DNA from: Narcine bancroftii
Lineage: Eukaryota
NCBI RefSeq assembly: GCF_036971445.1
Contig: NC_091476.1
Location: forward strand, 10,664,001-10,728,000
Reading direction: 5' to 3'
DNA: 64,000 bases
Shown here: piece after piece, positions 27,330 through 40,463 of the stretch
Position numbering within the stretch: the stretch's first letter is position 1
Layout: every line of letters starts with the position of its first letter
Position numbers and translations under genes: made by a program
Notes under the pieces: generated by a model
What the model saw: the letters and a program-made list of their open reading frames with translations, nothing else
The model's database searches: none
What the model was told of the DNA's origin: nothing

Positions 27330-28050
27330 TCTGTGCTGCCCATTTTCCCAAGTTTACATCCCACTAAATACTTCCAATCCATATACATCAGTCCATTTAT
27401 TTTAAATGTTGCAATTGTACCTGCCTTTATAATTTTCTCTTTCGTTTTACAAACCCACCATCCTCTATATGAAAAAGATACCCCTCAGATAACTTTTAAA
27501 TCTTTTCCCTCTCACCTTAAATACATGCTGTGTAGTTTCACAGTCCCATATCAGAGGGAAAAACAACTCTTCACCTTATCCATGGGCCTCATGATTTTAT
27601 ATAGTTTGATAAGTTCACCCCTCAGCCAACCTTTACAATTGAAGCCTGCCAGTCCCAGTAACATCCCCGTGAATCGTTTATTGAACTCTTTTTTTCAGCT
27701 AAATGACACATTTTCTATAGCTGGGTGAAGAGAACTACACACAATTGGTCCCTTCATTTAAGTAACTAATGCAGATTGTAATTAATTGCAGCTCAGGCGC
27801 TGATCCTTAAGGGACCTATCTTGTTACAAGCTGAAAATCTCATTAATTCCTAATCTCTCCGATTCCTTAACCAATTTAACGTTACCTAGTTCCACGGGGC
27901 GTGTGTGACACTCCTTTCTCTGGCATCGTATCAAATGCCTCTTGAAAATCTATGTCTATAGATCTTCTTTATTTACTCAGCTTGACACATTCTCCGAACA
28001 ATCCAAACACAATTTACCTTTTATAAAACCATGCTCACTCCTAATCACAC
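27330..28050 (-). mobile_element. Degenerate CR1 fragments
   Basis: Similar to the other minus-strand CR1 copies in the window. Confidence 0.55.
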
Positions 28051-28532
28051 TGTGCTTTTCAAAGTGCCCTTATTATCATTTCCTTATTTTTTTCCAGCTA
28101 GAAATTTATATACTTGTTTCCAAGTAGAAATTCCCTGCTTACTGATTACTTTTTAAATAAAAATAACATTAATTTCTTGCCTTCTAATAGGGAGATTTTT
28201 ATTATTTTTTAATCACTGCTTGGAGGCAAAGTGTTTCACGGTCAGGAAAACTGTACCCTGACCTACATTTGCTTGAATTTTGGAGCATAGCCTTTTAGAT
28301 TAATCCAAAATTAGCCAAAGTCATTTTTTGGCTGTGTTGGATAGGTAGTTTGGATAATATGATCCTTTCAATATGCCACAACATATTTCGACCACATGAT
28401 GGCAACCTTCAGCTTTTGCCCCTTTTAAAAGGAAGCAGGAAAATAAATGTTCCCAAGCATCTGGTGCACACTCATGTTTCAGATTTGCCAGCAGGCCTGC
28501 ACACTCCTAATATTTGCTTTATACCAATTGGC

Positions 28533-28868
28533 ACTCAACCTTTTTCTTTCCACTCTCATACCATTAAGTATTCCCTATGCCATCAGTGCTCTGTGATTAG
28601 TAAGGGGTTGCTTAAGGTGGGATGTGGGTAGAAAGAAAAAGTTTGAAAACCACCTCATTGTACCTCATTGACTCGTTATGTGCACGGTTTCCTAACTCCA
28701 AAGGAAATGGGCCAATGACAATTTTTCTCAAGCAAAATATTTCAGTAACAATTGGGTCTAGAGCAATGATTGTCAACCTTCTCTTCCCACTCACATCCCA
28801 CTTTAAGCAATCTCTTACTAATCCCTAGGGATTACTTAAAGTGGGATGCGAGTGGAAAGAAAAAGGTG
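28533..28868. mobile_element. Composite hAT-like MITE copy C
   Basis: Two palindromic units flanking the same spacer of about 110 bp (…aatatttcagtaacaattgggtctagag). Confidence 0.85.
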
Positions 28869-28924
28869 AGCCTTATTAGTAAGAATGAGGAGTCATCAGA
28901 CAGAGAAGAGGTACAGTCGCTAAT

Positions 28925-29642
28925 AGACTGGTGCTGAGCCAACACCTGCATCTGAACCATTGATGGCTCAACCGTTGAGGTCATCAAGAGTATCAAATTC
29001 CTTGGAGTGCACTTGGCAGAGAATCTCACCTGGACCCTTAACACCAGCTCCATAGCCAAGAAAGCCCAGCAGCATCTCTACTTCCTGCGGAGGCTGAGGA
29101 AAGTTCATCTCCCACCTTCCATCCTCACTACATTCTAGAGGATGTATTGAGAACATCCTATGCAACTGCATCACTGCCTGATTTGGAAGCTGAACCATTT
29201 TGGACCACAAGACCCTGCAGACAATAGTGAAGTCAGTGGAAAAGATCATTGAGGACTCTCTTCCTACCATGAAGGACACCTACAACACTTGATGCAGGCG
29301 AATGGCAATAAACATTGTGAAGGACTCCACACACCCCTCATATAAACTGTTCTCCCTTTTTCCATCTGGTAGGAGGAACTGTAGCACTTAGGCCCTTACA
29401 TCCAGATTGGGCAACAGTTTATCCCCCAAGCCATCAGGCTCCTGAATTCCCAGAACATATGTGGATAGTGTACTGTGGATTTTTGCTGTGTACGTCTTAA
29501 TATTTTAATATTTAATTGTGCTTAACTTCTATTCTAACCTATATTTATGTAAATATGCTCCATGGTCCTGGAGAAACACCATCTGGTCTTTACCCTGCGA
29601 GCATGGTATGAACAATAAATAAAAGTGACTTGATTTGACTTA
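28925..29642 (+). mobile_element. Rex1/Babar- or L2-clade LINE 3' fragment
   Basis: Reads KFLGVHLAENLTW..KKAQQHLYFLRRLRK; ends aataaa...(gactt)n. Confidence 0.8.
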
Positions 29643-29689
29643 ACGAAGACTGGTGGTAGTGCAGGAGTTGAGGTAAGACAGCCTGAGAG

Positions 29690-31845
29690 AAGCAAAAGGA
29701 TTCAACAAGGCAGCACAGACAAGGGAACGGCAGCCAGGGCAAGGATATGCTCCTCTTGCAGTATGTGGTTAGTCAAGGAAGCCAACAGTATCCCTGGTGA
29801 CTTCATCTGCGAGAAGGGCATCCAACTACAGCACCTTATAAACTGTGTCAGGAAACTGGAGCTGGATGAACTCCAAATCATTCAAGAGGCAGAGTGATGA
29901 TAGAACGGGGTTACAGGGAAGCAAATGCACCCAGAAGGCAGGAGGAATGTAGCTGGGTGACAGTCAGGTGAGGGAAAGACAAGTCAAAGCTAACGTTAAA
30001 GCAAAAGAGGGCATACGAGGAAGCAAAAATTAATGGGAAGATGGAGGGTGGTGAAATTTTAAAATCTTGCAGATGGCGACTGAAAAAACTCATGAAGGAA
30101 AAGATGAAGCGTGAAAGTAGGCTAGCAAATGATATCAAAGGATTTTAAAAAACAAGTATATAAAAAGTAAAAGAGATGAGATATAGAAACATTAGAAAAT
30201 GATGCCCCAGAATAATGGGAGACAAGAAGATGGCAGAGGAGCTAAATGAGTATTTTGCATGAGTCTTCACTGTGGAAGACATTAGCAGTGTGCCGCACAT
30301 CCAAGGGTTACAGGGAAGTGAGTGCAAGTACTCTTTCAAGGTGATCAGAAAGCGGAACGTGTCCAAGGATAGACAAATATCCCAGACCAGATAAATGGCA
30401 CCTCGTCTTCTGAAAGAAGGATTGTGCAGGCATTGGCAATGATCTTTCATAAATCAGTAGACTCTGGCATGGTTCCAGAGGACTGGAAAATAGTAAATGG
30501 CACTCTATTATTCAGGAAGGGAGGGAGGGAGGCAGGCAGCAGAAAGGAAATGTATAGACCGGCTAGCCCGACATCAGTGGTTGGGAAAATGTTGGAGTCG
30601 TTTGTCAAGGACGAGATTATGGAGTACTTGAAGGCACAGGACAGGCCAAAGTCAGTATAGTTTCCTCAAGGCAAAATCCTGATTGGCAAACCTATTCAAA
30701 TTCTTTCAATTAGTGACAAGTAGGCTGGATAAAGGAGGCAGGTGATGTTGTGTATTTGGACTTCCAGAGGGCCTTTGGCAAGGTGCCACACGAGACTGCT
30801 CAACAAGATAGGAGGCCATGCTATAATATGAATAGTAGCTTGGGTAGAGCATTGGCTGATTGGCAGGAGGCAGTGAGTGGATACAGGAATCATATTCTGG
30901 TTGGCTGCCAGTTGCTAGTGTTGTCTAATGTGGGGGGGGGGGGGGTCGGTGTTGGGGCTGCTTCTTTATATCAATGATTTAGACTATGGAATGAATGGCT
31001 TTGTGGCCAAGATTGCAGATGATATGGACAGGTGGGGGAGCAGGTAGTGTTGAGGACACAGGGAGGCTTTAGAAGGACTTTGACAGATGAGGCAAACATA
31101 ATACAATGTTGGAAAGTGTATGGTCGTGCACTTTGGTAGAAGAAATAAATGGGCAGACTATTTTCTAAATAAGGAGAAAATTGAAGATTCCCAGATACTG
31201 AGAGCCCTCATGCAGGATACCCTGAAGTAAACTTGCAGGTTGAGCTAGTGGTGAAGGTGCCAAATACAATGCTGGCATTTATTTCAAGAGGAATAGAATG
31301 TAGGAGCAAGGATGTGATGTTGAGACTTTATAGGCACTGGTGAGACATCGCTTGAAGTATGGTGAGCAATTTGGGCTCCTCATTTAAGAAAGGATATGCT
31401 GCCTTGAGAGAGGGTTCAAAGGAGATTCACAAGGAGGATTCCGGGAATGAAAGGATTATCATGAGGAAAGTTTGATCGCTCTCGGCCTGTTCTCTTTGGA
31501 ATTTAAGAAAATTAGGGGATTTCATTGAAATGTTTCAAACGTTCAAAGGCATGGACTGAGTATTGTTTCCCATGGTGGGAGAGTCTAGGATAAGAGTGCC
31601 CAACTTCAGGATTGAAGGGCATCCACTTAGAACAGAAACGAGGAGAAATTTCTTTAGCCAGAGGGTGGTGAATCTGCACAATTTGTTGCCACAGGCAACT
31701 ATGGAGGATAAGTCATTGGATGTTTTTATTCTCACCAGGCCGTGGGGATGAGTGGGAAAATGGATCAGATCATGATTAAATGGCGGGGCAGGCTTTATGG
31801 ACATAATAGCCTATTCTGCTCCTATGTCATATGGTTATGGTTTTA
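29690..31845 (+). mobile_element. CR1 LINE with the ORF1 5' part joined to mid-ORF2 and an intact 3' tail
   Basis: ORF1-like CSSC..W..DFICEK..LELDEL at about 29745-29900. ORF2 motifs VPEDWK, VYLDFQRAF and RRNFFSQRVVNL. Tail tatggttatggtt. Confidence 0.85.
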
Positions 31846-32160
31846 AGTTAATATTCAGCAGTAACCTAGAATATAGTAAGCAAATTTATAGAGTAATCGC
31901 ATCTTGGTTAAGGAAATACTCATGAGCTTGCCTATTTCATCATCTTCATTCGACATCCTTGCGTTAAAAATAAATGTTATATAAATAATTTGGAAACATT
32001 TCATATATCAATTGCCTCATTTTTGTAACTCTTTTTGACGTGAATAACCATGCCAATAGATTTTTCTAGCCGTCACTAGACTGATTTTATATTCAGAATT
32101 TCTCACTTGTATTCAGCAAGAATGATTAAAAACTGATGCCAAAAGATTTCCTTTGATATC

Positions 32161-32358
32161 TTTCTTCTTTATTTGGCTTGGGTTTGCGGACGAAGATTTA
32201 TGGAGGGGTATGTCCACGTCAGCTGCAGGCTCGTTGGTGGCTGACAAGTCCGATGCGGGACAGGCAGGCACAGTTGCAGCGGATGCAGGGGAAAATTGGT
32301 GGGTTGGGGTTGGGTGTTGGGTTTTTCCTCCTTTGTCTTTTGTCAGTGAGGTAGGCTC
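32161..32358 (-). mobile_element. RTE LINE 3' fragment, same family as 59118-60112
   Basis: Near-identical reverse complement of 59915-60110. Confidence 0.9.
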
Positions 32359-32699
32359 ACTGATATCTAGTCAAAATACAATTGTACTTCCTTTCATGAA
32401 AGGAAAATTTCCCTTCAAATCCCCACAATGGTCTTTTGGAGCCTTAAGGTTTGAAATAGCCAAAGTGCATTTATTTCTGTGAATTGCTATAAATATGGAA
32501 AGAAACCATGCAAGCTTGTCACATTACAATGGATTTTGTAATAACAATTCATATGTATTTATCACTGCAAGACATTCAATGTAAACTCACACCAACATTG
32601 ATATTTTACCTTTGTCACCTTTTTGCACAAACCCATAAGGTCCAGATACCCAGCCACATTGGTTTCACAGCTCTCTGGATTGAAGGTACATAATCCAAA

Positions 32700-33425
32700 A
32701 AAAAAATGATGGGGCTGCCAAAGCTGGTGGACTGGTGGAGAGCAGGAAGAGGCACCCCAGTGGTCCTCTGCAAGGTTATACCGCCCAGATCAATATTGAT
32801 GGTGCCATACAGGCTTTAAAGGAGCCAATGGTGGTTCATTTTAAAATCCTGTAACCGTGGGGTCTGGGCCCAAGATGGCATTAGCAGCGTCAAGGGCTAG
32901 CAGACTCCATGACAGCAGAGGACTGGCACAGGGCACCAGAAAATAGGAAAAGCAGAGAGGATGACCCTATTTGACAGTCACCAGTGAGGGGCTTTGCAGC
33001 TGAAGAACACACAGGCGGCAGGGCAAGTCAAGACGAGAAACCCACCCAGGCTTATGGGCTGCTGGCGACTGCAGGACTGCGGACTGCTGAAGACTGGCTT
33101 AAGACTGAAGGGGTGCCAGGTATCAAAACCGGCGCCAAGGGTGCAGAAGGCTTCGTGATCTTATCAGAAGTTTGGATCTGGAGCTTGGGTTGCCGATAGT
33201 TTGGACTAGAGTCTGTGTGGCTGTGGAGGCTGCAGGAGCACTGGAGGTGAATCCATGGACACTCGGTGACTCTGGGGAGACTCTCTTTTGCTTCTCTTTC
33301 TCTAACTGCAAGAGGCGTCCGGCAATTTCTGCTGATGGCGAACCGCTCTGCCTTACAGCAGATTAAAGCAAATTTTGTGTAATGTTACACCTGTTTTATT
33401 ATATGACAATAAAGCCATCTTGAAA
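32700..33425 (+). mobile_element. Non-autonomous retroposon of unassigned family; second copy at 51385-51740
   Basis: Shares ...aaagcaaattttgtgtaat..acacctgttttatta..tgacaataaag..atcttgaa with the inverted copy. Confidence 0.65.
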
Positions 33426-33779
33426 GACATTTCTCCCTCTTGTTTTGTGACATTGATACTGCTTGTAGATATCCCAGTCAGGGAGAACATCGTCCCTGCT
33501 TCCATCCTTTCAAGGCCCGTACTTTTGTGAGCTACATTGGGATCATCTCTCATTCCAATGCAAGAGACTGTATTGGCCCCATCAAACACCCACACCTTCA
33601 AATATGGATCCCAGATAGCTCATCAAGCTATCTTTTCTCTAATACTCACTTTTGCACTAAAAGCCAATATGTAGCTGGTCTTCCTCACTAATTGCTGTTC
33701 ACTTTCCTCAATTCGTACGCAAGGGTATGGAAAACGGATTGAACACAATCATCTTCTGATTTCACCACGTAAAGTCTCT

Positions 33780-34330
33780 GCCTTCTTATTTTAATTACAA
33801 AAGATTCATATTTTTCCATAGTATATTCCATATGGCATTCACTCAGCTTGTCTACATCCCCTGGAACTCAGCTTAATATCATCAGGCAAATGTTGCCTCC
33901 TCATCCAATTCATTGGTGTAGACTGTGAATAGTTGGGAGTCTAGCAATGTCCCACAAGCCTCCACTCATAACAGCCTCCCAATCCAAGAATTACTAAATA
34001 TCCCTACTCTTTTATTTGTGAATAAATAGAACACTTGGTATTACAAATAATTGTATTTTTAAGAAAACTCTTGTGTGATGCCTCACTAAAGGATCTTTGG
34101 AAATCTAAATGCACCACATCAACTGATTTGCCTTTTCTTGTTCTGCTGGATGCAACCCCAAAATTGGTTAGTCATGTGTGGTTTCCCTTTCATAAATCCA
34201 GGTTGACTCTGTGCTATTCTACTGTTATTTTTCAAGTGCCTGTCATCACTTCTTTAGTAGCATTTCCCCACTACTGATGTTGGGTTAACTGGCCCCCCCA
34301 TCCCCTAACTTCTCTCTTCTTCCTTTAATA
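33780..34330 (-). mobile_element. Degenerate CR1 fragment
   Basis: Contains the reverse complement of a VHLDFQ-type RT motif (ctttggaaatctaaatgcaccacatc). Confidence 0.55.
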
Positions 34331-35529
34331 GTCAGATTACATTTGTTGCCTGTGGAACCTGCTCTGGAATAAATGGAATTATAAAGAAACAAGAATGAGA
34401 CAAGGGGTCAAACAGCACTGTGGGAGAAAATATTGAGGCCAGGGAAACAGGAGAATGGCAAAGGCAGGAAAGCAAAGTGTGTCCCTTCCTGAGAGGACAG
34501 CATCCTAACTTTTGTTGATCATCCGTCATGACACCCAGTGGTGCGCGCCTCCGTCAAGTTCCCAAGCCACACCAGATCAGGCTATTATAACTTAGCGAAA
34601 GCTCTCGACAAAGTTTGTGGTTGTGGTTAAGTGGAGGCCAAGTATTAATTCTTGAAAACAGTGCTTCATCAGCACTGGAAAACATTTACAGAGATTTTAT
34701 ATTGAAGAACTTCCATCAAGTTCAAACTCTGGTAATCAGCAATTAAAAAAATAAAACTGCAGACTACCAACAGACATCTTGTAAACCAAACACCCGTTTA
34801 GCACCAGGTTTCCTTTTCACAAAAATAACCCACCAAAAACATGATAATCCACATTGCAAGTGAAATTACAAATGGGCTGGAAATACACTATCAATCTTGC
34901 GATTTTTATTTCTATTGCAGGCAATACAAGAAGATGTGATTAAACAGATTTGTTTTGTTATCATCTATTTTACTCTAAAGGTATAAACTGAGTCAAGAAG
35001 TGTTTTCATCTGAAGTAAGATTTTTACATGGATTTGATAAGAGAATTCCTTTACAACAGATTCCCCATTGAGCGGGGGCTGCAGAATTTGCATTGAGTCT
35101 CCAAATAAGTTTAAAACAGGCATTTGCACTGGCATTTTTGAGCAGCAGTTTGGTCAGTGGTCTGGCGAATTGTGCATTTACACAAGGCAGAGAAGTCCAT
35201 GAATAAGCTGTCACCTTTCCTGTTTTGCACCACAACCTAATAGTATGATCTACAGCCCAGTATCGTTCTTGTTTCTGGTGCCAAAATCTAAATAAATATT
35301 ATGTCAACATACAGGTGGATATTGCCATGTTAACACTGAGTAGTTCCCCAAAATCTACACCACTACTGCAGCTGTTTGATTTATTTCAATATCCCTACCG
35401 ACATGGCAGGGATGAAATAATAATTTGAGAGAACTAAATAATTATGCATGAGCCCAAATGTTCTGCTATACAAAGATATTACTCACCTACCGAAAAGCAA
35501 GATCATCTTATGGTAAAACTTGAAATTTA

Positions 35530-35871
35530 CAGTAGAAGTCCAAAAATCTGGACTGCTTGGGAATTTTTGGATTTTCCAGATTCTTGGGCAGTACTTTTAA
35601 AATTCAATTTTATGGAGAAATCAAGAAGAGATGAACAGGTAAATGTTGATAATTTATTCATTCGCAAATACAGCATGCTTCATTGATCAAAATAAACAGC
35701 TTTAATGAAAAATAAAGTCAACTAATGTGGTCGCTTGCTGCCGCTGTGCATCTGTGGCATTTAAGGCACACACGAAAAGCCCACTAAGTTTTAAAAGTTT
35801 AAGAGTTTTCAAAAAGTTCGGATCATCAGGTGGTCTGGAATTCTGGCATCTGAACGTTTTGACTTCTACTG
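35530..35871. mobile_element. Tc1/mariner (Tigger-like) MITE
   Basis: TIRs CAGTAGAAGTC / GACTTCTACTG, with TA on both sides. Confidence 0.82.
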
Positions 35872-38800
35872 TACATCCAAACTGGTCAAATAGACTAGAA
35901 GCTGACTACATGAAATCAGAACTGCAATGCCAGTGCCCTGCAGAAATTTGGTTGAAGTTCCAACAATAGTCCATCTGCAATGCAAATTCTGGATTCCATT
36001 GCATTAAATGGAAGGAAGGTCTCCTTATTCTGCAAATGAGATAGTCTTGGACTTGCTAAGATGCATACATGGCAAGATATAATCAAGAATCACATCACAA
36101 ATTCCTGCTGCAAGCTCACCTATCAGCAGGGACTGGGAGCAAGAGGTGAGATTGTGGAGGGGAAATAAAGCAACCGGTTTCCCTGAAATAAATGGGCTGC
36201 ACAAGGGTGCAGCAGGGAACGTTGTTACTTCAGCTCCAGTTTGATTCTGGCCTCTGGTGTTGTTGGGTGAGAGCTTATGCATCTTCCCATCATTATGTAG
36301 ATTTACCCCATATGCTGTTTCTTCTCTGCATCCCAGTTAATTGAATGCTGTAAATGACCCCTTTGAGTAATTAGGTGGGAGGTCGATGAATTGAGGGGGA
36401 GTTGATAGGAGTGCAAGAAAAAGAAATGGCAGGAAAATAAGGTGGGGAACGATAATAGCATTGCTCTGAAAGCCAATGTAGATTCAATGGGCCAAATAGA
36501 CTCGCATTGTAAGGAAAATATACAAACGTGGTTAAATCGTCTGTCAATATTCAACTTCCACGTGCACCTTTTCTGCCAATGCTTTCTCTTGGCTTTCTAA
36601 AGTCGGAAGAAATCTCAAAAAGTATTTGAAACTGAATCATGAAACCATTTAGAGTTACTTTCTCAGACTACTTCCATTCCATTCCTTTACAACTTGGATA
36701 TTTACCTAAAGGTAAAAATATGAAAATTGGAAGACTCAAAAATACGTAGAGTTTTGGGGCTGATTGTACTGTACTGGGCAGAGTAGGGAAATCCTCTCTG
36801 TTGCAATAAACAGGACTCTCCAAAACGCTAGAAGGGCATCTCTCTTATAGTCTATTGCGATGCTCAAATTGCCCATTAACAATCACACAGAAAATGCTTG
36901 AGGCAAAATATACAAGTCAAACATTTCACAAGTGGAAGACCAGATACAAGATTAACTGATTACCCAGGAGAATAATAAAATGATAGCCAACATGTAGTAT
37001 TTAATAGCACAAAACAATTAGAAGAATTGGTTTGTTGGCTCATTTTGCTTCTTCAATCTCATCTCTGTAATTGTTTTAACTGATTTTTTAATCATCGTGT
37101 CTCAATGCCAGACAAATGTTTCATCATTAAAATATGCTTCCCCTGGGTCTAAAATGTGATTAGCTTTAAAATATCCTCTTCAAGTAACAATGTTGCAGCA
37201 ATGCTTTTTGGAAAAAAGTCCAATTATTTTCCCCACTGATGTGAATTCAATACTTCTTTTAAAATCGGTAACTTTACACTCTGGTCAAACTTTTATATAA
37301 AACCTACAAATGGAAAAGCAAAAGACAACTAATCTAAGTCCTTTCATCAGCACTTTCCCTGATTGCTAAATGATGTTAACTTCTGAGGAGGCAAATAAAT
37401 AAATGAATCAATTCCAGAAAGAGCTCTGGGAAATTACACATCAATCCCTTAGCACAACTGAGCAATATCTAGAACACTAAATTTATTCATCATACCATGC
37501 AATTGTTACTTAATCATTCACCCTACATGCTCCAATCTTCTTAAGAACTCATGACCATCTTCTCAATTCCTTTTTTAGATCCTCTGGGATCTAAAAATGA
37601 CAACTTCTACTCTAATTCCATGCATTCTGATGAGGTCTAAGTTACCATAGCATCTGCACAATCTGTTACATACAGGTAGGAGTGCTTGATGCGACAGAGA
37701 GATGGATGACATGGAAGTGTGTCCACCTCTCTGCCATTTCTGCTAGGCTTCTGCAGTATGTTGCTGGAGACTTCTTCATTTTAATAAGTGGGAGAACTTA
37801 GATTTTTTTCAAAGAAACTTGAAGAACACATTTGAATTGTTTCTCGTGTCCTTCTGATGATCTTTTCCCACGGTAAAGCTCACATTTCAGAAGTCTGGTA
37901 GTGGAAATCGATGTTGTGTCTGGGTGTGTTGCACATTGATGTAGGCTGTTAAATTAGAATCAAGATTATACTGGAACAGTATCAACCATCTCTATCCACC
38001 AGGTAGAGATCTCTTGATTTACACACATCTGACTACAATTTAATTCTTGTTTCCCTGTTGGTGAAAAATATATTCATCAACATCAAAAACACATTCTTCT
38101 TTCATTGTCTCCCTGGTCATCCAAGGCACACATTCAAAATCATCAGTAAGTAATAATCAGAGCCCAATTTTCTTGGAGACCAGCATATTTTTGCCTAAAT
38201 TAATGGTCCAAATATATAGCAACCTCGGATTTTAATTGCCTCAAAGATAGAGACAGCTACAAGGGAAACTAAAGTTTAATTTTATTAACTGGTTCTTGAA
38301 GCTGGTTTTTAAATTTGATTTTCAATATTAAAAATAACCAATATACAAATATATTAATAGACACTAAAGGAAGTAATATATTCAAATTATAGAACACCTC
38401 ATCCCATCTTTAAGAGGGAAACATGATGTAAAATATCCTCCCTCCTACAGATTTTCCTTTCTGGGGATATTACAATTTAATGAGATTCAGTTCTATTTGC
38501 ACTTTTAGTGCACTCAAACTTCAAGCTATTCTCAGTCTGGAAATGGTGACCAAGTAATTATCAGATATGAATAAAGGTCAACATGTTCCCATCTTTAGCT
38601 ATTGGCAAGAAGTGCATGTAAGCATTATCAGGAATAACAAGAGTTTGATCATCTTCCTTAACATTCATTGGTTTAACTACCATCAAGTCACAACCATCAA
38701 CACCCTAAGGAACATCAACTAAAATCTTATACAGACCAGTTGTCTATACTGAGACAGTGAACAGCACATAGAACATTACTGCACAGAAACAGGCCTCTTC

Positions 38801-38899
38801 AGCCCTTCTAGACTGTGACGAACCATTTTTTTTGCCTCGTCCACCTGACCTGCACCCAGTCCAAAGCCCTCCATACCACTTCCATCCATGTACCTGTAT

Positions 38900-39450
38900 C
38901 ACCCGCACATCTGAGACAAGTAGTCCGAGGCAAGTGTACAGAGATATGCCAACACCTCCACTTTCTAAGCTTCAGCATGTCAAAAAATCTATCAAGCTTT
39001 CACAGGCATACAATGGAAAGTGTACTCACTGGTTACATCATGGCTTAGTTTGGAAACTCATCTGCCCAGAAACACAGAGGTTGGACAAAGGGACAAACCT
39101 CTCAAGTCGATCATGGTCACTGACCTCCCACCTACGTGAAATAGTGCCTCAAGAAAGCAGCCAACATCATAAAGGATCCCCATCACTCTGGTCATGTTCT
39201 CTACTCACTGCTACCTTCAGACAGAAGATACAGAACACTAAATTCTGAGTTCAAGAGCAGTCTTTATTTTCCCCCCCATTAGCCATCAGGCTCTTGAACC
39301 TCCCTGCACTACCCTAATTACAACTGCACCCGGACCACTCATAGATCTGTTGGTGCTTTCATGACATCACTTTTTTTTTCCCACCAACTGCAACTATGAA
39401 TATTTATCCTTGTTATTATTTTTCTCATAATTTAATTTATACTCATTGTT
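38900..39450 (+). mobile_element. Degenerate Rex/L2-like LINE 3' fragment
   Basis: Reads TMESVLTGYIMA, IIKDP.H..H.L.SLLPS, then gccatcaggctcttgaac, like the 28925 copy. Confidence 0.6.
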
Positions 39451-40455
39451 TACATGCCTGTGTAGTTGCCACAATCAGGAATTTCAGAGCATCTGTACCT
39501 CCTGGTATTAAAAATTTTTTACATATTCAAAAAACACATCATGTGTACACATGTCGCAGCTTCAAAACGACCCTTCTTTAGGTACGCCATTAATACCCGA
39601 TACATTAACTACCTATATAACGTACCTTGCAGATGCCTCAACAAAAATGTCCAAAATTCCAGAGGTCAAGGACAACAAATATAAAGACCTGCAAGTTTGT
39701 CTCCAAGTTGCACACTCCCACGATTTGGAAAACCTATTGCCTTGTTTTTCATTTTCCCTGGCTGAAAACCACCAGCCCACAAGGCCTGCAGTCGCTCAAT
39801 AAGCTTGTTCTCCACAACCTTCTCAACCAAAATCAGGGATGGGTTTAAGTGCAGTTTTGTCGCTGATATTTACCATGATGTGCATCTAAAAGTCTTCTTT
39901 AGCAATGTTAAATTCAATTTTGGAAATCTGCCTACCTGCAACAATTGACAACAACGTCTCCACTTTTATTCGGTGACCAGGTGACTTCTAAACAGAGTCG
40001 TTACCTTTATATCACGAGTAAGCGTTTAAAATGCATGAGACAAGGTTACGTCTTTTCCTTCGGGGTGGGACAAGTGCAAGGTGTCGTTGCCACACGCTAG
40101 GACAGAGCCCCCCCCTACAAACACACACACTGCTGTGGCAATGATGTTTCGGGACACGGGTGAAATAAGAAAGAGAAAAGCAGCTCAAACAGAAAAAAAT
40201 GTTTATACAGTTTAATAAACGACCGTGGTAATTAATTGCATAAACATTCCTCTTTCATCCAGGTCAGGCCGGAGGGGGGATGGGATAGGAAATCTGAAAC
40301 AGACCCGAAACCAAGTTTGGGGGGGGGCGGATCACTCGTGGTCTGAATGTCAGCGACTATCCGCCAGTGGTTTGCAGTGCAGGGCCAGTAAAACAAGGGG
40401 GCTTCACTTCTCAATCCTCACTCACGTTGCAAACAGGGGGAGTCCGTGGCTTCAT

Positions 40456-40463
40456 TGACGTCA
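40456..40463. promoter_or_regulatory. Second full CRE, downstream of the GPCR
   Basis: Exact TGACGTCA, with a GC box (GGGGCGG) near 40324-40330. Confidence 0.4.

Noticed and set aside
36025-36282. 85-aa minus-strand ORF
   Set aside because: No recognisable family and no partner exons.
37680-37950. Exon-like minus-strand segment with an acceptor near 37946
   Set aside because: All three frames hit stops, and I recognise no protein similarity.
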